Assembly: GCA_003971905.1 (NCBI GenBank)
Contig: RSEE01000041.1
Span: 124,001-188,000, forward strand
Reading direction: 5' to 3'
DNA from: Moniliella sp. 'wahieum'
Lineage: Eukaryota
DNA length: 64,000 nucleotides
Shown here: piece by piece, positions 37,520-51,192 of the stretch
Position numbering within the stretch: position 1 is the stretch's first letter
Layout: the number at the start of each line of letters is the position of its first letter
Program-made: the position numbers and the translations under genes
The notes under the pieces: generated by a model
The model's input: only the letters and a program-made list of their open reading frames with translations
The model's database searches: none
What the model was told of the DNA's origin: nothing

Positions 37520-40329
37520 ATGAATCATCAATCCTCCATGCTCAACAAAAACAACATTATGTCTCCCACTGTCGCGACCACTGCCCCTACCGGTATGACA
37601 TTAGCCTCCAGCTCTCCGACGTCGCCGCTGCTATCCCAACTGTCCTTATCGCCATCCCACTCTCTTCTCTGTCAGCCCCTCTCCCACTCGCACACTGGCC
37701 CCACTTCCGACTTGTCCCCCAACTCCAGCTCTGGAGAACCAAACGATTTGTTGGGCGGACGGAGTAGCCGGGTACGCACTCGGAGAGCCTGCGACTCTTG
37801 CCGGAGCAAAAAGACGCGTTGTTTGATGCTCGATGGAGAAGTGGTATGTGAGCAATGCAAGTTCTACTCGGCTGGTATGTCCCTGCACCCATCTCTCTCT
37901 TGCCTTCTATTGGTGCGTTTTGCATTTCATACCTAACCCATCTTTTGATAGAGTGTACATTCCATCTTCCCATTTCCGAGACCCGCTTGAAGCGCAAACG
38001 CGACCGTCGTCCCCACCCCAGGGAAGACCTGTACCGCGGCTGGCCTGCGAGTCAGGGCACCCCGACCAGTCTGTTTGCCCCCAACATGCTAGGTGGGGCG
38101 TATGACCCACTGTTGGATGATGTCTCCCTCTCTATCGGGACGTCGGCGTGGCAGTATGCTCCCATTGGTCACTCCCCAGACTTGGGTGGGTCGCCATCCC
38201 TTACAACATACCTACCTCCCAACAGGCATCCGCCACCCTCGGCTGCTAACTTGGCCCAACTCCAGTTGCCCATTCACGCTTCCATGCAGCTTCCCACCAG
38301 TATCATGCCGCCCCCTATTCACGCCCCCATTCCTATCTCAAACGCAGCCCGATTCCAACCTTCCGCCCTGCCTTCCGTCCAGTCTTCCGTGCTGTCTTCC
38401 GGCCCTTACTCCTCACGGCCTCTTCCCAAACCTCTGTTCATCCCTCTACCCAACCCTTTGTTCCGCCTCTCCAACATCCCTCCGTCCAGTCCCCGTTCTT
38501 ATCCCTGGACCTTGCCAACCTCAGCCCCCCATCTCCTCTGATGCTGAGCCAACAGAGGAAGGAGCAAGGATCAAGGAGACTACTGGGCTCGGTCCCACGC
38601 CCACGGACTTCCTCTTGTTCTCGTCTGCCCGCATGCCAGAACAAGCCCAATCCCTCCTTGACGATCCAACATACCAACTACTCTCTACAAACGTTAGTGG
38701 CGACGACAGTCGGGGGGGCATCGAACTGGTTCGTCCGCAAGTGCGAGACCACGCGGAGGAAGGTGTGCGTCACTCGGTGACGATGTCCTCTGTGGTGCAG
38801 AACCAGCTCTCACGCGACGTGCGGGAGAAGTTGATCGGCGGGTACTTTGAGCAAGTAGCTCCCCTGGTGCCAGTGCTGAGTAAGAGGGATTTATCCAACT
38901 TCACCCCTCGGCCTCGCTGTTGCTCGTCTCGAGCATCATGGCTGCTGGGGCACTACGGCGGACTGTACCCTACTCTGTTCTCTCCTCCTCTCGGACGGCA
39001 GTGAACGAGATGATACGGGAGTCGGATGTGCTGTCGAGTTGCCGGGTCGAGACACTCTATGCCATGCTAATCCTCTCGGCACATCCAGACTTGCATGGCT
39101 CGGTGGCAGCGCAATGCACCACACGGTGCTGGAACCGGGCGGGATTGGTAGTGCGCATGGCCCAAGGGTTGGGCCTTCACCGTCACGCCGTCGGACCAGC
39201 TAATACCCAGACCGAGAAGGTGGTCCAAGCACGCAAGCGACGGTTGTGGGGGGAAGTGGTGATGTACGATCGATGGATCTCGATCCAACTCGGTCGTCCA
39301 TTCGCGGTGGAATTGACAGATTTTGATGTACCGGACCCATCGGGGCAGGAGGATGGGCAGCAGAAACATACCGATACCCTCGCTACATTTTCCCGTGCAA
39401 TGCTGCAGGGAACGGTCTTGCTGGGCAGGGTGGTCAAAGCGGTCTACAGTCCTACGGGGGTGAGGAATTTGACGGATCAAGTACTGCACCAACTCGTCAC
39501 CGACCTGGACACTTGGAACAACTGTTTACCTCCTTGTCTGGTGTGGAGCGCACACCCACAGCGCAGGCAGGTATGCTGCACATGTTGCACGCCGCCGCGC
39601 AGATCTTGCTTCACCGTGTATTCTTGCGGCCGTCAGAGGTATGCCCTGCTGATTTGGGCTTTCGCCTGACGCCCGAGCGTAGTGCGCTGCTCCTGCACTG
39701 GGCCAAGAGCAGCGTCGCATTTGCCGACGCCAATGTGGCGCTCGACGTATCGGGAGCAGTGACGTACTCGTTGGTGATCTGTGCTACGATGCTCTACCAC
39801 ACCGTCCTCACCACCCGGGATGCAGAAGCGTTCCATGCCCTGCACGGGTTGCGGCAGACGTTTCAACGCATGGCCCGACCAGAATCGCAGTTGCAGTCGG
39901 TGCGAGACCGGGCTGTGCAAAGTGTGAGTATGCTCTGTGATCGGGCAACGCGCGCTGGACAAGTGGACCAACAGGAGACAGGGATGATACATGATGGCCC
40001 ACTCAATCCGCCTTTCGGTGTTCAAACCCGTACCGCCCCATCGTCCCAGAAGCACGAGGAACTCTACCCTGCTGCAAATAATGAAGCAAATGAAGAAGAG
40101 ATCTCACGGTTCCCTGCTTTCCCTTTCCTATCGCTGGAGCCTGGCTGGACTTTACCCACGGTCGATAAGCCGTTTGGTCTGCTGGACAAGTCCGTTGGAG
40201 TGTCCGAGTGGATCAGGAGCTGGGATCACCAACAGCGCCTACCTTGCCTACTTCCAGAGGGGGCGAGCGAGGTTTCTCTCCCCCTCCGTCCCGCTGGGCG
40301 GTGCGGCGCCGCCACATTATAAATCCTGA
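37520..40329 (+). CDS. Zn(II)2Cys6 transcription factor with fungal-specific TF domain
   Basis: RTRRACDSCRSKKTRC...CEQCKF, then an intron and ECTF. YFEQVAPLVPVL, VRMAQGLGLHR, RKRRLWGEVVMYDRWISIQLGRPFAV, LHMLHAAAQILLHRVF. Confidence 0.92.
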
Positions 40330-40549
40330 ACGCGATGCAAGAACCGACTCGCTGCCCACTGGTAGGCGGGGCGAGGACTTAGGCCGCCTAGGGCACAAGC
40401 ACCCGCCTTGACCCCTACTTTGACCCAGCATGCCGGGGGAAGCGTCCCAGGGTACCAGGTCGCGCCAAGGGATCCACAACACTTGACCCCATTACCGGTT
40501 AGTATATGAGTTGCTTACCACATTCAGTGTTCTTGAAATGCTAACCCTC

Positions 40550-43500
40550 AAATGCCTGTTCGCCATATTTCCAGATGCCATACCAATGTGATGATTAGGG
40601 CACCCTGGCCACGTTGGCAAACAAGGACCAAGTATCCCCCCCCCCCTATTAGTGGGCAAAAGACCCGTGCCCTTACTGTCTTTGTGCGGCACTTGTATGC
40701 TCTTCCCGTTTCTTCCCTTCTATCTTCCCCCCTATGCACCACTTGACGATCAGCAGCGCGCCTTGGGCGGGCAAACCACTGCAGGTACGTGCGCAGCACA
40801 ATACAAGGATGTAGATAAGGGTTGAACGTTGACGGCCGACAACGGAGGAGCAGCAGAGGCAAAGTAGGGTATGGAGCTGCCATGGCTTCTTTCTGTGAGG
40901 TAGGAAGCAAGTTAGGAAGAAGCAGCATAGGGCCGCAAGTAATCCCCAATCCACAGGTTGCCCCGTGCTGTGCCGAGACACAGGACCCCCTGTGCCTCGT
41001 CCAGACAAATCTCCGCCATGATATCCGAGCGGCTTGGCGGGCCGAAAGTGGACGAGGTGCGAGGACGACGGGGCGGGCCCAAAGGCGGGAGAAAGGAGAT
41101 GGTAGAAGGAAGCGAGCTAGCGGGGGCACTAGCCGTGGAGACGCTAGGGTAGAGAGGCGCAGGCAGCGAAGGTGGAGGCGGAGGGGCGAGGGGAAGAGAA
41201 GAGGGTAAACTAGCTGGGGTGGCAGGTACAGTAGCAGGGGGGACGGAAGAGGGAGAGAAGGCGAAGGGAGGGCGTCGGAGGAGGAAAACGTAGTTGGACT
41301 AGAAGGATGCCGTCCTGCCCCGCCCCCCCGGCTTCGAGGGGTGGGCGCGGCCGCGCAGGCGGGTCCGGGACGGTGAATCCGGTCCTGTGAGGAGCAGAGT
41401 CGCGCGCGCCTTCCCTGCGATGAAGAGGGAGTCGACTGGTGGGCCCGAGCAGGCGCTCGAGCCGCCTCAAGTCGGCAGAAGAGGCGAGGGTTTCGGCACT
41501 GGGCAGGCCGACGTCGGGCGTAGGACGAAGCGGAAGGAGGTGGGCGGCCGAAGCGGCGTGAAGGGCACGTGCCTGTGTGTGCAGCGAACCTTCCTCTCTG
41601 CGTTCCAGGTCGGGGAGGTAGGAGCTGAGGGAACCACTGACCGAAGCGACAGACATTGGGGTAGAGGCGCGGGTAGAAACAGGGTCGTCGACACTTTGGG
41701 AGCCCGCCGCACTTTCGTTCTCCCACCGTGCTGACTTCTCCTCTTCTGCCCAAGAGCGGCGAGTCAAAAGCTGAACACAGTACACAGGTGGAATACCTCC
41801 AATCATGGGTCCCATGATAACTGCCCGTCGTCCGGTCGCACCAATGCTCGTGCTGCTTACCCGATCCACCTCGGCGCGAGAAAGAAGGACAGGTGGCCAG
41901 TCGTACGGGAACAACAGGGGCTCTGACTCGTCTACTCCGTCGTGGACGTCGGTCCGATTCTGTTGTTCTGGCAAGCCACGCAAAGCGTACTGCGATACGG
42001 CGCGGCTGTCGGCAACTTGGATTACAATCTCCTGTGGCCGCGAGCGACGAAGCGACGGCGGGGACGGCGAAGAGATTGGTATGCGTATGACGGGCGGTGC
42101 TCCATTTCCTCCGAAAAGGTAGCAGTGAGGGGCCGGCTGGACTCAGCAAAGGGCAAGGGTACACAAGCTAAGAGCTGACCCGGTTCAGGGGGAGGGGATG
42201 TCCCTCCTCGTCCTCCAGGTCAAAGGGGAAACGCATGTCCTCCCCTCCCAAGGGGGGCCAAGGGGTAGAAGCAGGTGTGGGTAGAGGCACGCGAGAAGGA
42301 AGTGGATACCGACTCGGTATAGACCGAACGGCGACGGGCAGGAATCCCCCGCTCATCCCACCCAGTGTCGGAGGAACTTCGGCTTCGGTCGTCCAGGTCG
42401 GGCAAGAGGAAGACCTGGAGCAGTCCCGAATCCGAAACACAGACAACCGTATGTCCAGCAGCTTGAGCGCGTTGACTGCATGTCTCCTTCGTTGGGTGAT
42501 GGATGCGCTGCGCCCTGACGCCCACTCAAACACCTGCACATCGCCATTGTACACCGCCACCGCTGCACAGCGTCAGCATTACCCTCACATGAGAGGCGGG
42601 GGGAGTGAATGGGAAGGGGACGTACCGACTCGTGGTCCGCGGAGGAGATGGCACGTGCAATAAACCGGTCTCCATAGGGGTTGGACAAGGGGTAGTCCGC
42701 CACGCTGTGGCCATTGGCCACATCCACCACGTAGATCATGCAGCACATGCTTGACACACAGCTACCCACTGCAATCACCAGTCTATTGTCCTCGTTGAGC
42801 TCTGCGTCGAGGCACAGAATTTCCACGCCGGTATCAATGCCCGCCAAGAGGCGCCTTCCCTTCCACTCGTCGGTGGCGGAGCCTTGACGGGTGCGGAGGG
42901 GGGACGGGTGCTCACTGTCCTCGGCCCTACGGGAGCTGGAAGAGCGGAGCGAGCGGCGTGGCTGCGGCGATCGCTCACTGTGCAGCCGCAGTTCTGCCGC
43001 TTCGGTAGAATACAGCAGGGAGTCCGCCACAGCGACTGTGCGGCCTGGTCAGAGGAAGAGGGCGGTGCGGCCAGAGGAGCGGACAAGTCCCAGATCCGGA
43101 TCCAGTTGTCGACCGAGGCGGTGAGGACGAGCAGTCCCTGAGGGCCAGGCAGGAGCTTCATACAGGTGATGCGGTCGATGTGGGCGCGAATGCGTTGGAC
43201 GGCGAGTGGCTCAGATCCGTACATCTCCCAGCGGTGGGCAAGTTGCTGGGCCCGCAGCACTTGGACCATAAGCGCGTGCTGCAGTGGCGTGCGCGCGGGC
43301 AATGGGGTGGCCGTAGAGGTGGGTGGCGAGGGGGATGGCGAGGTTTTGGCGAAGTGACTGGCGAGGCGGTCGTGCCGGTAGCGTCTTCGGGAGGAAAAGG
43401 ACCTGAGCAGGGCGGGACGGGCACGCCAGAATCGACGAGCGTGTCGGCGAGAGACATCCAGAGATGGGCGTCGGAAGCAATGGAGTGCCAGTAACGACAG

Positions 43501-43604
43501 ACACCCTGGCATGTCAGCAGGTCTCGCGCGGGTAGGAGGACAAAAATGCTGGCGAGCAGCTCGACGGGGAGCGACGCGAAGGTGATGGTGGGCGCGGGGG
43601 CCAT
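40550..43604 (-). CDS. F-box protein with at least one WD40-like repeat (3' end approximate)
   Basis: F-box FASLPVELLASIFVLLPARDLLTCQGVCRYWHSIASDAHLW and WD repeat RAHIDRITCMKLL...VLTASVDNWIRIWDL. Downstream ORFs are frameshifted. Confidence 0.8.
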
Positions 43605-44048
43605 GGCGGGGCCATGCGAGAGCGTGCGCAGCAGCGGGAGGGACAGAGGGGTGGTGGTGGAGGTGGTCCGGCACTGCGAGTACAGCTCAACACACTCGAC
43701 CCAAAACCCATCGTCCCCAGCTACCTGCCAAGGCCTGTCCGTGCACGGCCACCGGCTAGGGTTGTGCCCTCTACACATCCAAGGCGCTACAAACCGACAC
43801 AATCTGTTATGCCTCCTCTGCCCGTCCTGCCGCATCGACCTCGCCGCTCATCGACCTCTCGCTTCCCCGATTCCCGACTCTCCAGCAACACTCATCTCCC
43901 CTGCGTGCGGGAACCAACCCAATCTGATTGCAACCCTGCGCCTCCCAAGCGCAGCGGCGAGACGCCTCCGCCTAAAACAAGATCCTCTCCCATCTCGTCA
44001 ATTGGCAATACTAGCGGCTGGAGGGCCCCTCAAGCGCCATGCGTGACC

Positions 44049-44598
44049 TTACGCCGACTTGACCAGGTTGCGGTGCAAGTGCGGGTCGACCTCCGTGACC
44101 TTGGAAAGGAGTTTGTCCAGGACGGCCTCCTTGTTGGCGTTGAAGAGCGACGTGATCTCAGCCAGCTGCACTTCCGTGTCCTTGTCCACCTTCGCCTGGA
44201 TCTCCGAAACAGAGCCTTGGTTCTGAGATATGTCAGTGCAACCTCCCTTGAGGCAAGCAGCGTTTCAGGGAATCCTCCCCCCTTCCTACACCCCCTGAAA
44301 ACGGGCCTGCAAGACGGTACCCCTCAACCACCAGAAAAAGGAAATAAAAAACGTACCTTCTTCTCGAACTCTTCGAACTCAGATTGCTTCTGCGCGCGAA
44401 TCTCTTCGATCTCCTTTGCGGCCTCGGTGCGGGCGTCCTTGAGCTTCTGTGTCCGGTCTGGCAGCGGGGTCAGTCATGGGCTGTTCGTGCGGCAGGAACG
44501 AGGGGGGACGTACAAGCACGGGCCTTCTGGACAATCTTGGCAGCCTCCTTCTCGGCCTCGAGGAGGGTGGAAATTCCCTGGGACTGCTGGGCGGCCAT
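44049..44598 (-). CDS. VMA10: V-type H+-ATPase subunit G, two introns
   Basis: MAAQQSQGISTLLEAEKEAAKIVQKARAY / RTQKLKDARTEAAKEIEEIRAQKQSEFEEFEKK / NQGSVSEIQAKVDKDTEVQL...VDPHLHRN. Confidence 0.95.
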
Positions 44599-45140
44599 CG
44601 TGGGGCAAGTGGAGGGCAGGGAGGACGGGGGTGGGGCGGTGGTGGTGGGGGGGCGGGCACTGGGCGCTGCTGTGCCTGCCCATCCGCCATGCTGCCGGAG
44701 CGAACTCGCTTACCTCATCCGCGGGCCGTATCACCCCAATGTGAAATTTGGGTGAGCACGTTGCACGTTGCGGCAGGAAACATTTCATTTGTCTGTCCTC
44801 TTCCCTTGCGGTGGCTATCAATTGGACAGGCCCCATCCCCTGCCACCCCACCAGATCGGCCTCAGCGCCACAGCAGGGGTAAACGAGTCCTCCGGTTACA
44901 GGTGGAAACCTACGCAAGCAAGCAGAACGCAGCCCTTGTCATCCGGCAGAATCAACCGTCAAGACGACTCGAAGAAGTGCGAGGAGCAAGAGTGGGGCGA
45001 GTCAATATATGAGAAGGTACAGGATCATGAGGAGCACAGGGAAAACGCAGAAGATGAGAGGAGAGAGAGCACAGCTCCTCACCACCAGACAAAGAGGTCA
45101 AGGAACGTGTGGTAGCAGAACAAAAAAATAGGGTCATCAA

Positions 45141-46590
45141 TTAAACGAACAAGGCTGCTGCGCCACCGAGCGCCGCGAGAGCCGCGCCACCCACCGCCTC
45201 AACAGGGAAGGCCGAGTCGGCAGGGCTTTTCTTGTTGTGGTCGCTTGCAGATTGGCTGCTGGCAGCAGCGCCCGAGGAGGCAGAGAGCGTAGCCTGGGAG
45301 GTAGAGGAGATCACACCAACCTGCAATGAGGCGGCGGAAGAGGCAGTGATGTCGGAAGCCGAGGGAATGCCACTGGGCATGACGTTGCCCCCCGTGTACT
45401 GGGCAAAGTTGGGGTAGACATACGTGTTTTCCCGGTACGGCTGTGTCTTGTTGCGGCACACGTCAACGGGCACAATATACTTGAAGTTTTGTGCGATGGT
45501 AGGGTACTCTGAAGGCGGAGCAAAACAATGAGGTCAGCGTCTGTCGCACAAAAGCATTCAAGCACGACAGCAAAATTAACCAGGCCAACGACGTACCGTT
45601 CATCATGAGCTGCATCGTGTCACCATTGATCTCGTGGGTGAGAACGAGAACACCACTGGGGTTGGTCTTGCCCTGGCTGATGATGGAGGCGTAGTTGGCT
45701 TGGATCTCGGACGAAGGAGCGGTGCCCTGGGGCTGGATGCTCCAGTCGTTGGTGTCGTCGGTCCAGATGACCGTGTCGAGGCCGAGGCCATAGGCAATCG
45801 CACGCACACGATCGTCCACATCGCCGTACGGCGGACGCCAGGAGGTAACGGTGACGCCGGTGACCCACTTGATTGCCTTAACAGTGTAGAAGAGCTCGGC
45901 AAAGACCTGGGTGCTGTTGAGAGAGTCATGTAGTGATGCGACAGGTGTGGGCGCCAAGTTGATGACCGTCGGTCAAACCACGCTGGGCCTGCAACGGCCA
46001 GTCCAATACGTTGGAGCCAATGTAAAAGAGGGTGGCCTTTTGATTCTTGGACTTGAGGAAGTCGTAGAAAGCATTGTGGGTGCAGTTGGGGCCATCGTCA
46101 AACGTCAGCCCCCACGTTTCGGGCTGGTTGCACGTGTACACGTCCGGCGGGACGCCGGGTGCCTTGGGGTGCACACACTTGGTCTCGGTCCACCAGCAGT
46201 CGGGGTCCTGAGCGGTGTTGTACTGGGTGCCCTGCTCGGAACCGGTGGGCTGGCCCTTGGGGGCGGTGTGGGCACCTGGACCTGCTTTTGCAAGCCCAGA
46301 CCGAGTTGGCTTCCTGGTCGGAAGGCATAATGTCGGCAATCTGCCAAATGGTAGGGAAGGCGGTCTTGAAGGATGAGGCGGGGGGTAGTTGTAGTAGGTG
46401 CACTCCTGGGTGGGGTGGTGACGGACTGCCAGGCCTGTCGTTGTAGGTGGCCTGGCGACGCTGCATGCCCCGCTTGGCGGCCTGCGCCTGGAGCTGGGGA
46501 CCCATGCGGCCGGGAAGCCGGCGCCAAGGTGCGGATGCATCGCTGGCGGCCATGAGCAGGCCTACAAGCGCGATGGAGATTATGGTGTGG
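45141..46590 (-). CDS. Chitin deacetylase (CE4), secreted and probably GPI-anchored
   Basis: Signal-like IISIALVGLLMAASDASA, DPDCWWT..KC, WGLTFDDGPNC, KATLFYIGSNVLDWP, AHT(W)SH, WRPPYGDVDDRVRAIA, VLTHE, then a Ser/Ala-rich tail with a hydrophobic C-terminus. Start codon not evident. Confidence 0.92.
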
Positions 46591-49500
46591 CAGACGCAGA
46601 AAGAGCAGGTGGGGGCGCAACGGGGGAGGGGATGGGAGAAAGCAAGAGCGGAAGCATATATACGCGCCTGCGGGCATGCATGATGCATGACGCGGCAGCT
46701 GCGCAGAGGCATACGTCTGGCCACTGCATGACGGCCTCCGTGCGTGTCGAGCATGCGCATTATGCACACTGGTACTGAGCATGGTGCGCCGTGCTCCACC
46801 GCACTGCGCGTGCCGGGGGCCGTGCGTCGCACTCGCGGCCACCGCGGCCGAAGCTCGCTCGGTCGCTCGCACAGCGCTCGCCCGGGCAGCGCCGACACTG
46901 GCGCCGTGGCTGCTCACACGAGCACCGCGAGCAGCTGGGGGAACGGCACAGGGCCAGTCGAGGATGGGAGCGGGGATCTCCCGCCGTCACGCATCACGCG
47001 TCCTGCCTTGCAGGGCACCTGCCCTGCCTGCGCAGTGCTGCCCCCGCAGGCCCCCGCCTGCTGCTGTCCTGGCCAAACCTCGCTCCGGTGCATCGCCACC
47101 CGGCAGGGCTCGGCACAACAGGCAGGCGCATGTGTGCCTGTCCAATGAGCGTCTAGTACAATCCACAACGTCTGCCGAGCCAACGTAATGGGAAGCAGCA
47201 ACCCTGTCCTGCGCGCACCCCAAAAGCAGAGAACGGAAGCAGCGGGCGCGCACCGCGCGCACAGTATCTGTTCGAAAAGTACCGCCAGATGCGAACAACC
47301 AAATGCCCATGGCGCATGGTTGCCAGCACAGTCGTTGTCAATTTCTCTCGCTCGTCTGTCCTGCTTAAGGCCTAAACGCTCAGACTCTGTTGCGGTGGAA
47401 CTGCCTCCCTTTCACGCCCTCACGCCTCACGCCTCACGCCCTCTTGTCAGGGCGAGTCCCAGTCGGGAAATCGCACATTGCCATGATTGCATGGTTGCAA
47501 CCGGGTCTCTTCGCGCCGATCTTCATGCATATCATCTCAAGCATATCACCCATACCAAAGAGAGTTACCCACAGGACGACAACACTCAATTCCAGCACAC
47601 AGCGTCCAACTAGACCTCTTTGCCACCCATCTCCTCCTCCATCTCCCGATGTACCCCAGGCAAAGCAACACCCCTCCCTCCAGCCAAACCACGATGGTCG
47701 AAAGGAGGTCCCCGGATCCTGGTCCAATCGTCACCACAGTGCTCCCCCTCATATCTGCAGGGGTGACCTGATAATTATGATCGAGGTGGAGGGAGGGACT
47801 GCCGTCGCACACCAAATCGCTATGCGCTGTCCGGCTGGGATCAATGAAAAAGTCTACAAGTGAGGAGGGTGGAGCTAAGCGTGGAGCGATAGTTTTTGCC
47901 TGGTCCGCCGATAAGGGCAGGGTGTGTATGACGAGACGTTGCGTCGATATGGTGGTGGAATGGGGAATGAACCGAAGTGGGTACTGTCGAATCAGAGAAG
48001 AGAATCAAGACGGCAAGCCGATAACAGCCGTGATTCTACTGCAAAATGGGAAGTCCGCAATCGTGTCATTCCAACAGGCAAACTATAGGTTCGCGCACAG
48101 GTATATACTTAGAGGGGAGACGGTACTAGTACTATAGGTCCGGGTGGCAGTTTCCCTTTTTCAACGCACACAGGATATGGCCAGCAGGTGACGTTTCTGA
48201 TACTGTGTAAGAAAGATGTAGTGTGCGTGTTCCATCAATTGATTCTTGTGGTATGAGCGAGTGCAATCGGCTGGCTGCCGTAGGCAATCGAAGGTTATGG
48301 AGAGAAGGCGTGAGGTAAGTCTTCCCCCGCAAAGCAGCGGAGACGTAAAGACGGATTGGCGAGTGACGGACTCGCGCACAGTGGGCAGTATCTTGGCGAT
48401 GACCACATCCTGATCACTGTCTCGTCCCCGCACAAGAAACACAAAGAAGAGGCACGGAAAAGCGAGTCGCGCAGGCCCGACGCGTCGTGTCAGCCATAGC
48501 GGTTCGTCAGGTCGCCACAGCCTCATAAAGAGCTCATACCCCCCCGGGGTTGTTGCACAGGGGCCCTTGGACACCGAGTTTTGGGCATGTTATCGTCAAA
48601 CCGCCTTGAGGCGGGTGAGTCCCTCGAAGGAGAACATGGGACGAGGCGTATAGGATCCTCTGCTCTTGTGTGACGGTAGAATGGAGGGGTTTTATCTAAG
48701 CAACAAAACAGGGGCCTAGTACGCGGTTGACACAGCAGCGTGTCTTGGTGTTGCTCCTGGTTGGTGAGCATGGTCACAGCCTTACTGCGCCGTTGATCCA
48801 CCTCACGTATAGTGTCCCTCTCCCCTGCGGCACTTATTGAGAGGCGCGACTCCAGGGATGCCAGAAGTGCTCTTCAGGGTCCATGGCGATGCTAGAGGAG
48901 TTCTTCTTGTGAGGACGGGTAACTCCGGTAACTACCACTGCCTGTACGCTGTCCTTGTATTTGCGAGCGCAGGCGGGGTATGGCCAGGAAGGATCAGGCT
49001 GATCCCCAGGAAGCCAACGTCCAACCCTGTCCACCCCCCGTCGGGATCGATGGCCAACGTGAAAGTTGCAAATGGGCGGGGCAAATGCGGCGACAGAAGG
49101 CGGGGGCTGCTCGGCCCCGCGCGGCGCCGCCAAGCAGAGAGCCGGGTGGAGCACTGGTGGGGCCCAATCCTCCTCGAATACAACGCCCCTTCTTTGCCGG
49201 CCCCATATCGTAATCGCCAATCATTAATCACAAATCCATTCATTCAAACCCATTAGCCTCGCCCCTCCCTGGCCTCATATCGATCGTAGTGGCAGGCGGC
49301 ATGTCTGACGCCTAATGTGGGGTCTGGCTTATCTATGTGCGCTGTCCATATGTGCCAAAAGCCACACATGTGCCGGCCTCCTACTTTTGGCTCCCCCGCC
49401 ATTATATAAAACCACTGGCCAACACACTGCAGTTCAGGATTCCCCCCCCGCCCTCCGCACCTACCATTCTCAAGTGACGCCAGTCATCGTCGTCAACGGC

Positions 49501-49647
49501 CATCCCTCCTCTGTTCTCTCTTCGGCTGCTTCTCCGGCATCTGTGCCAATACAACGTGCGCACTCCATCCGAGACCCATTGGTCAAAGCTACTTTCCCTC
49601 TATCTCTCCTCTCTCCGTTTCCCTCCTATTCTTCTTTGTCTCGCGTC

Positions 49648-50265
49648 ATGTGGGGGTGGAGGTACTTCTCGATCGTTCTGCTGGGCAACAGCTTGATCTT
49701 AAGCTGTGCCCGGCTCGCCCTGGCGGCCAATTGCACCTCGTCGTCCAGCACCTCAAACCACACCGCTTCCCCTTGCTCTGTATGGGGGAAAAGATCTTCG
49801 ACCCAGTCCAGGTGGAGCACGTGATGGACTTGGTGGTGACCTGCTCCGACCCGTCGTCCCCGGTCCGTCCAACCATAGCGCCGACGGGATTCGGGACGCC
49901 TACTGGCCCATTGTTGGTGGCCGCGCCGATGGGCCTAACTTTCATGCGAGCGTCGTGCCCGGGGGGCTGACTTACCTCTGGTCCGACCCGATGGTGTGTA
50001 CACAGTCAATGCGCTGTATCGACTCCTTACGGACGATGGACAACAAATTGTCATTCATGATCCTGGGATGGAGTACCCCACGGCCGATCCCAATGCGTTC
50101 AAGATGCGGGTCAGTCCAACGTTTATTGCGCCCGAGGGCAAGTATGCCTGGCTCAACCAAAACTTGTTTGTGGGCAACCTGATCATTCCTGCTCCCGAGG
50201 GTTACCGCCTGGCCAAGAATGAGCACGAGAACGACCGCTTGATCCAGATCTGGAGGGTGTATTGA
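49648..50265 (+). CDS. DUF3237/UPF0311-like protein with a predicted signal peptide
   Basis: IVGGRADGPNFHASVVPGG(A)DYLW..DGVYTVNALYRLLTDDG and PTFIAPEGKYAWLNQNLFVG fit my recollection of the DUF3237 pattern. Hydrophobic N-terminus MWGWRYFSIVLLGNSLILSCARLALA. Confidence 0.72.
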
Positions 50266-50505
50266 GAGAAAGGTGGACGTCTTTCAGTAATCTTGATGTT
50301 GAATGACATGTGTTCCCCAATCCGTTTGTAACTGGCGTGGCCCGAAGAGGGGGAGATATGTCTATAGTCTTAGTCACTAAGGTGGAATCCATGCACATGT
50401 AACAAGGTCGGGGGTGAGTATTATAGTAGGACAAGTAACAAAATGATAACCTGTAACAATAAGGGGCCTTATGCAAACAGACTCACTCTTACAAAGAGAA
50501 CAGCA

Positions 50506-50592
50506 GGCGAGATAGCGAAGTGGTTAACGCGCTGTTCAGGCTAATCTGAACCGCAGTCCTCCGGGGCGTGGGTTCGAATCCCACTCTCGTCA
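50506..50592 (+). tRNA. tRNA-Leu(CAG) with short intron; 5' anticodon stem appears 2 nt short
   Basis: Acceptor GGCGAGA/TCTCGTC, TT-CAG-G loop, 3' stem CGCAG, long variable arm TCCTCCGGGG, T arm GTGGGTTCGAATCCCAC and a T-run terminator. Confidence 0.8.
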
Positions 50593-51192
50593 GTTTTTTT
50601 GCTGGGCATATCCGAAACAGACAGACATCTAATGCACACTTCTTCAGGCTCCTCGTACACCTTTGCCTTGTACCAAGTTCTCGCCATTCCCCACCCCCTT
50701 TGTTTTGTTTTCCTTGGACCTGGTCCAAGGTGTTTTAAACTGCATGCCCACACTGCGTTCCCAAAACAGTTTGTGGCTCAACGCTATCAATGTGGAGCTT
50801 CTCACGGAGAGGGAGAACCGACAGCCCACGTGCCTAGTATGACGAAAAGGTATGCCCCGGGCTGTAGATGCTGAAGCCCGAACCTCAGGCCTCAGGCTAA
50901 GGCCCCAGGGCGTGATGTTTTAACTCCATGGTTTCTGCGCTCCCGTTCTCTCCCGGCTTTGCATAGTGAAACCCCAAAGCTAATAACCGCTTCTAAACCG
51001 TACCAGATAGATGTAAGCTATGAGGGAAGGTCGGTCGGGCATCACATAGACGTTTTTCTTTCCCTTTACACATCGTTCCCATTTGATGAGGTTTAGCGAT
51101 TATCAAGATCATCGCATCCATTGAAAATGGATTTTTGAGGATCTTAACGACCATACGACAAAGGTGGCTGGCAAGACTAGAACGGTGTGAAT

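Noticed and set aside
47540..49245. Fragmentary minus-strand ORFs
   Set aside because: I could not assemble them into a recognisable protein.
50837..50877. Box C/D-like ATGACGA...CTGA
   Set aside because: Too short for a snoRNA, and no rRNA-complementary guide identified.
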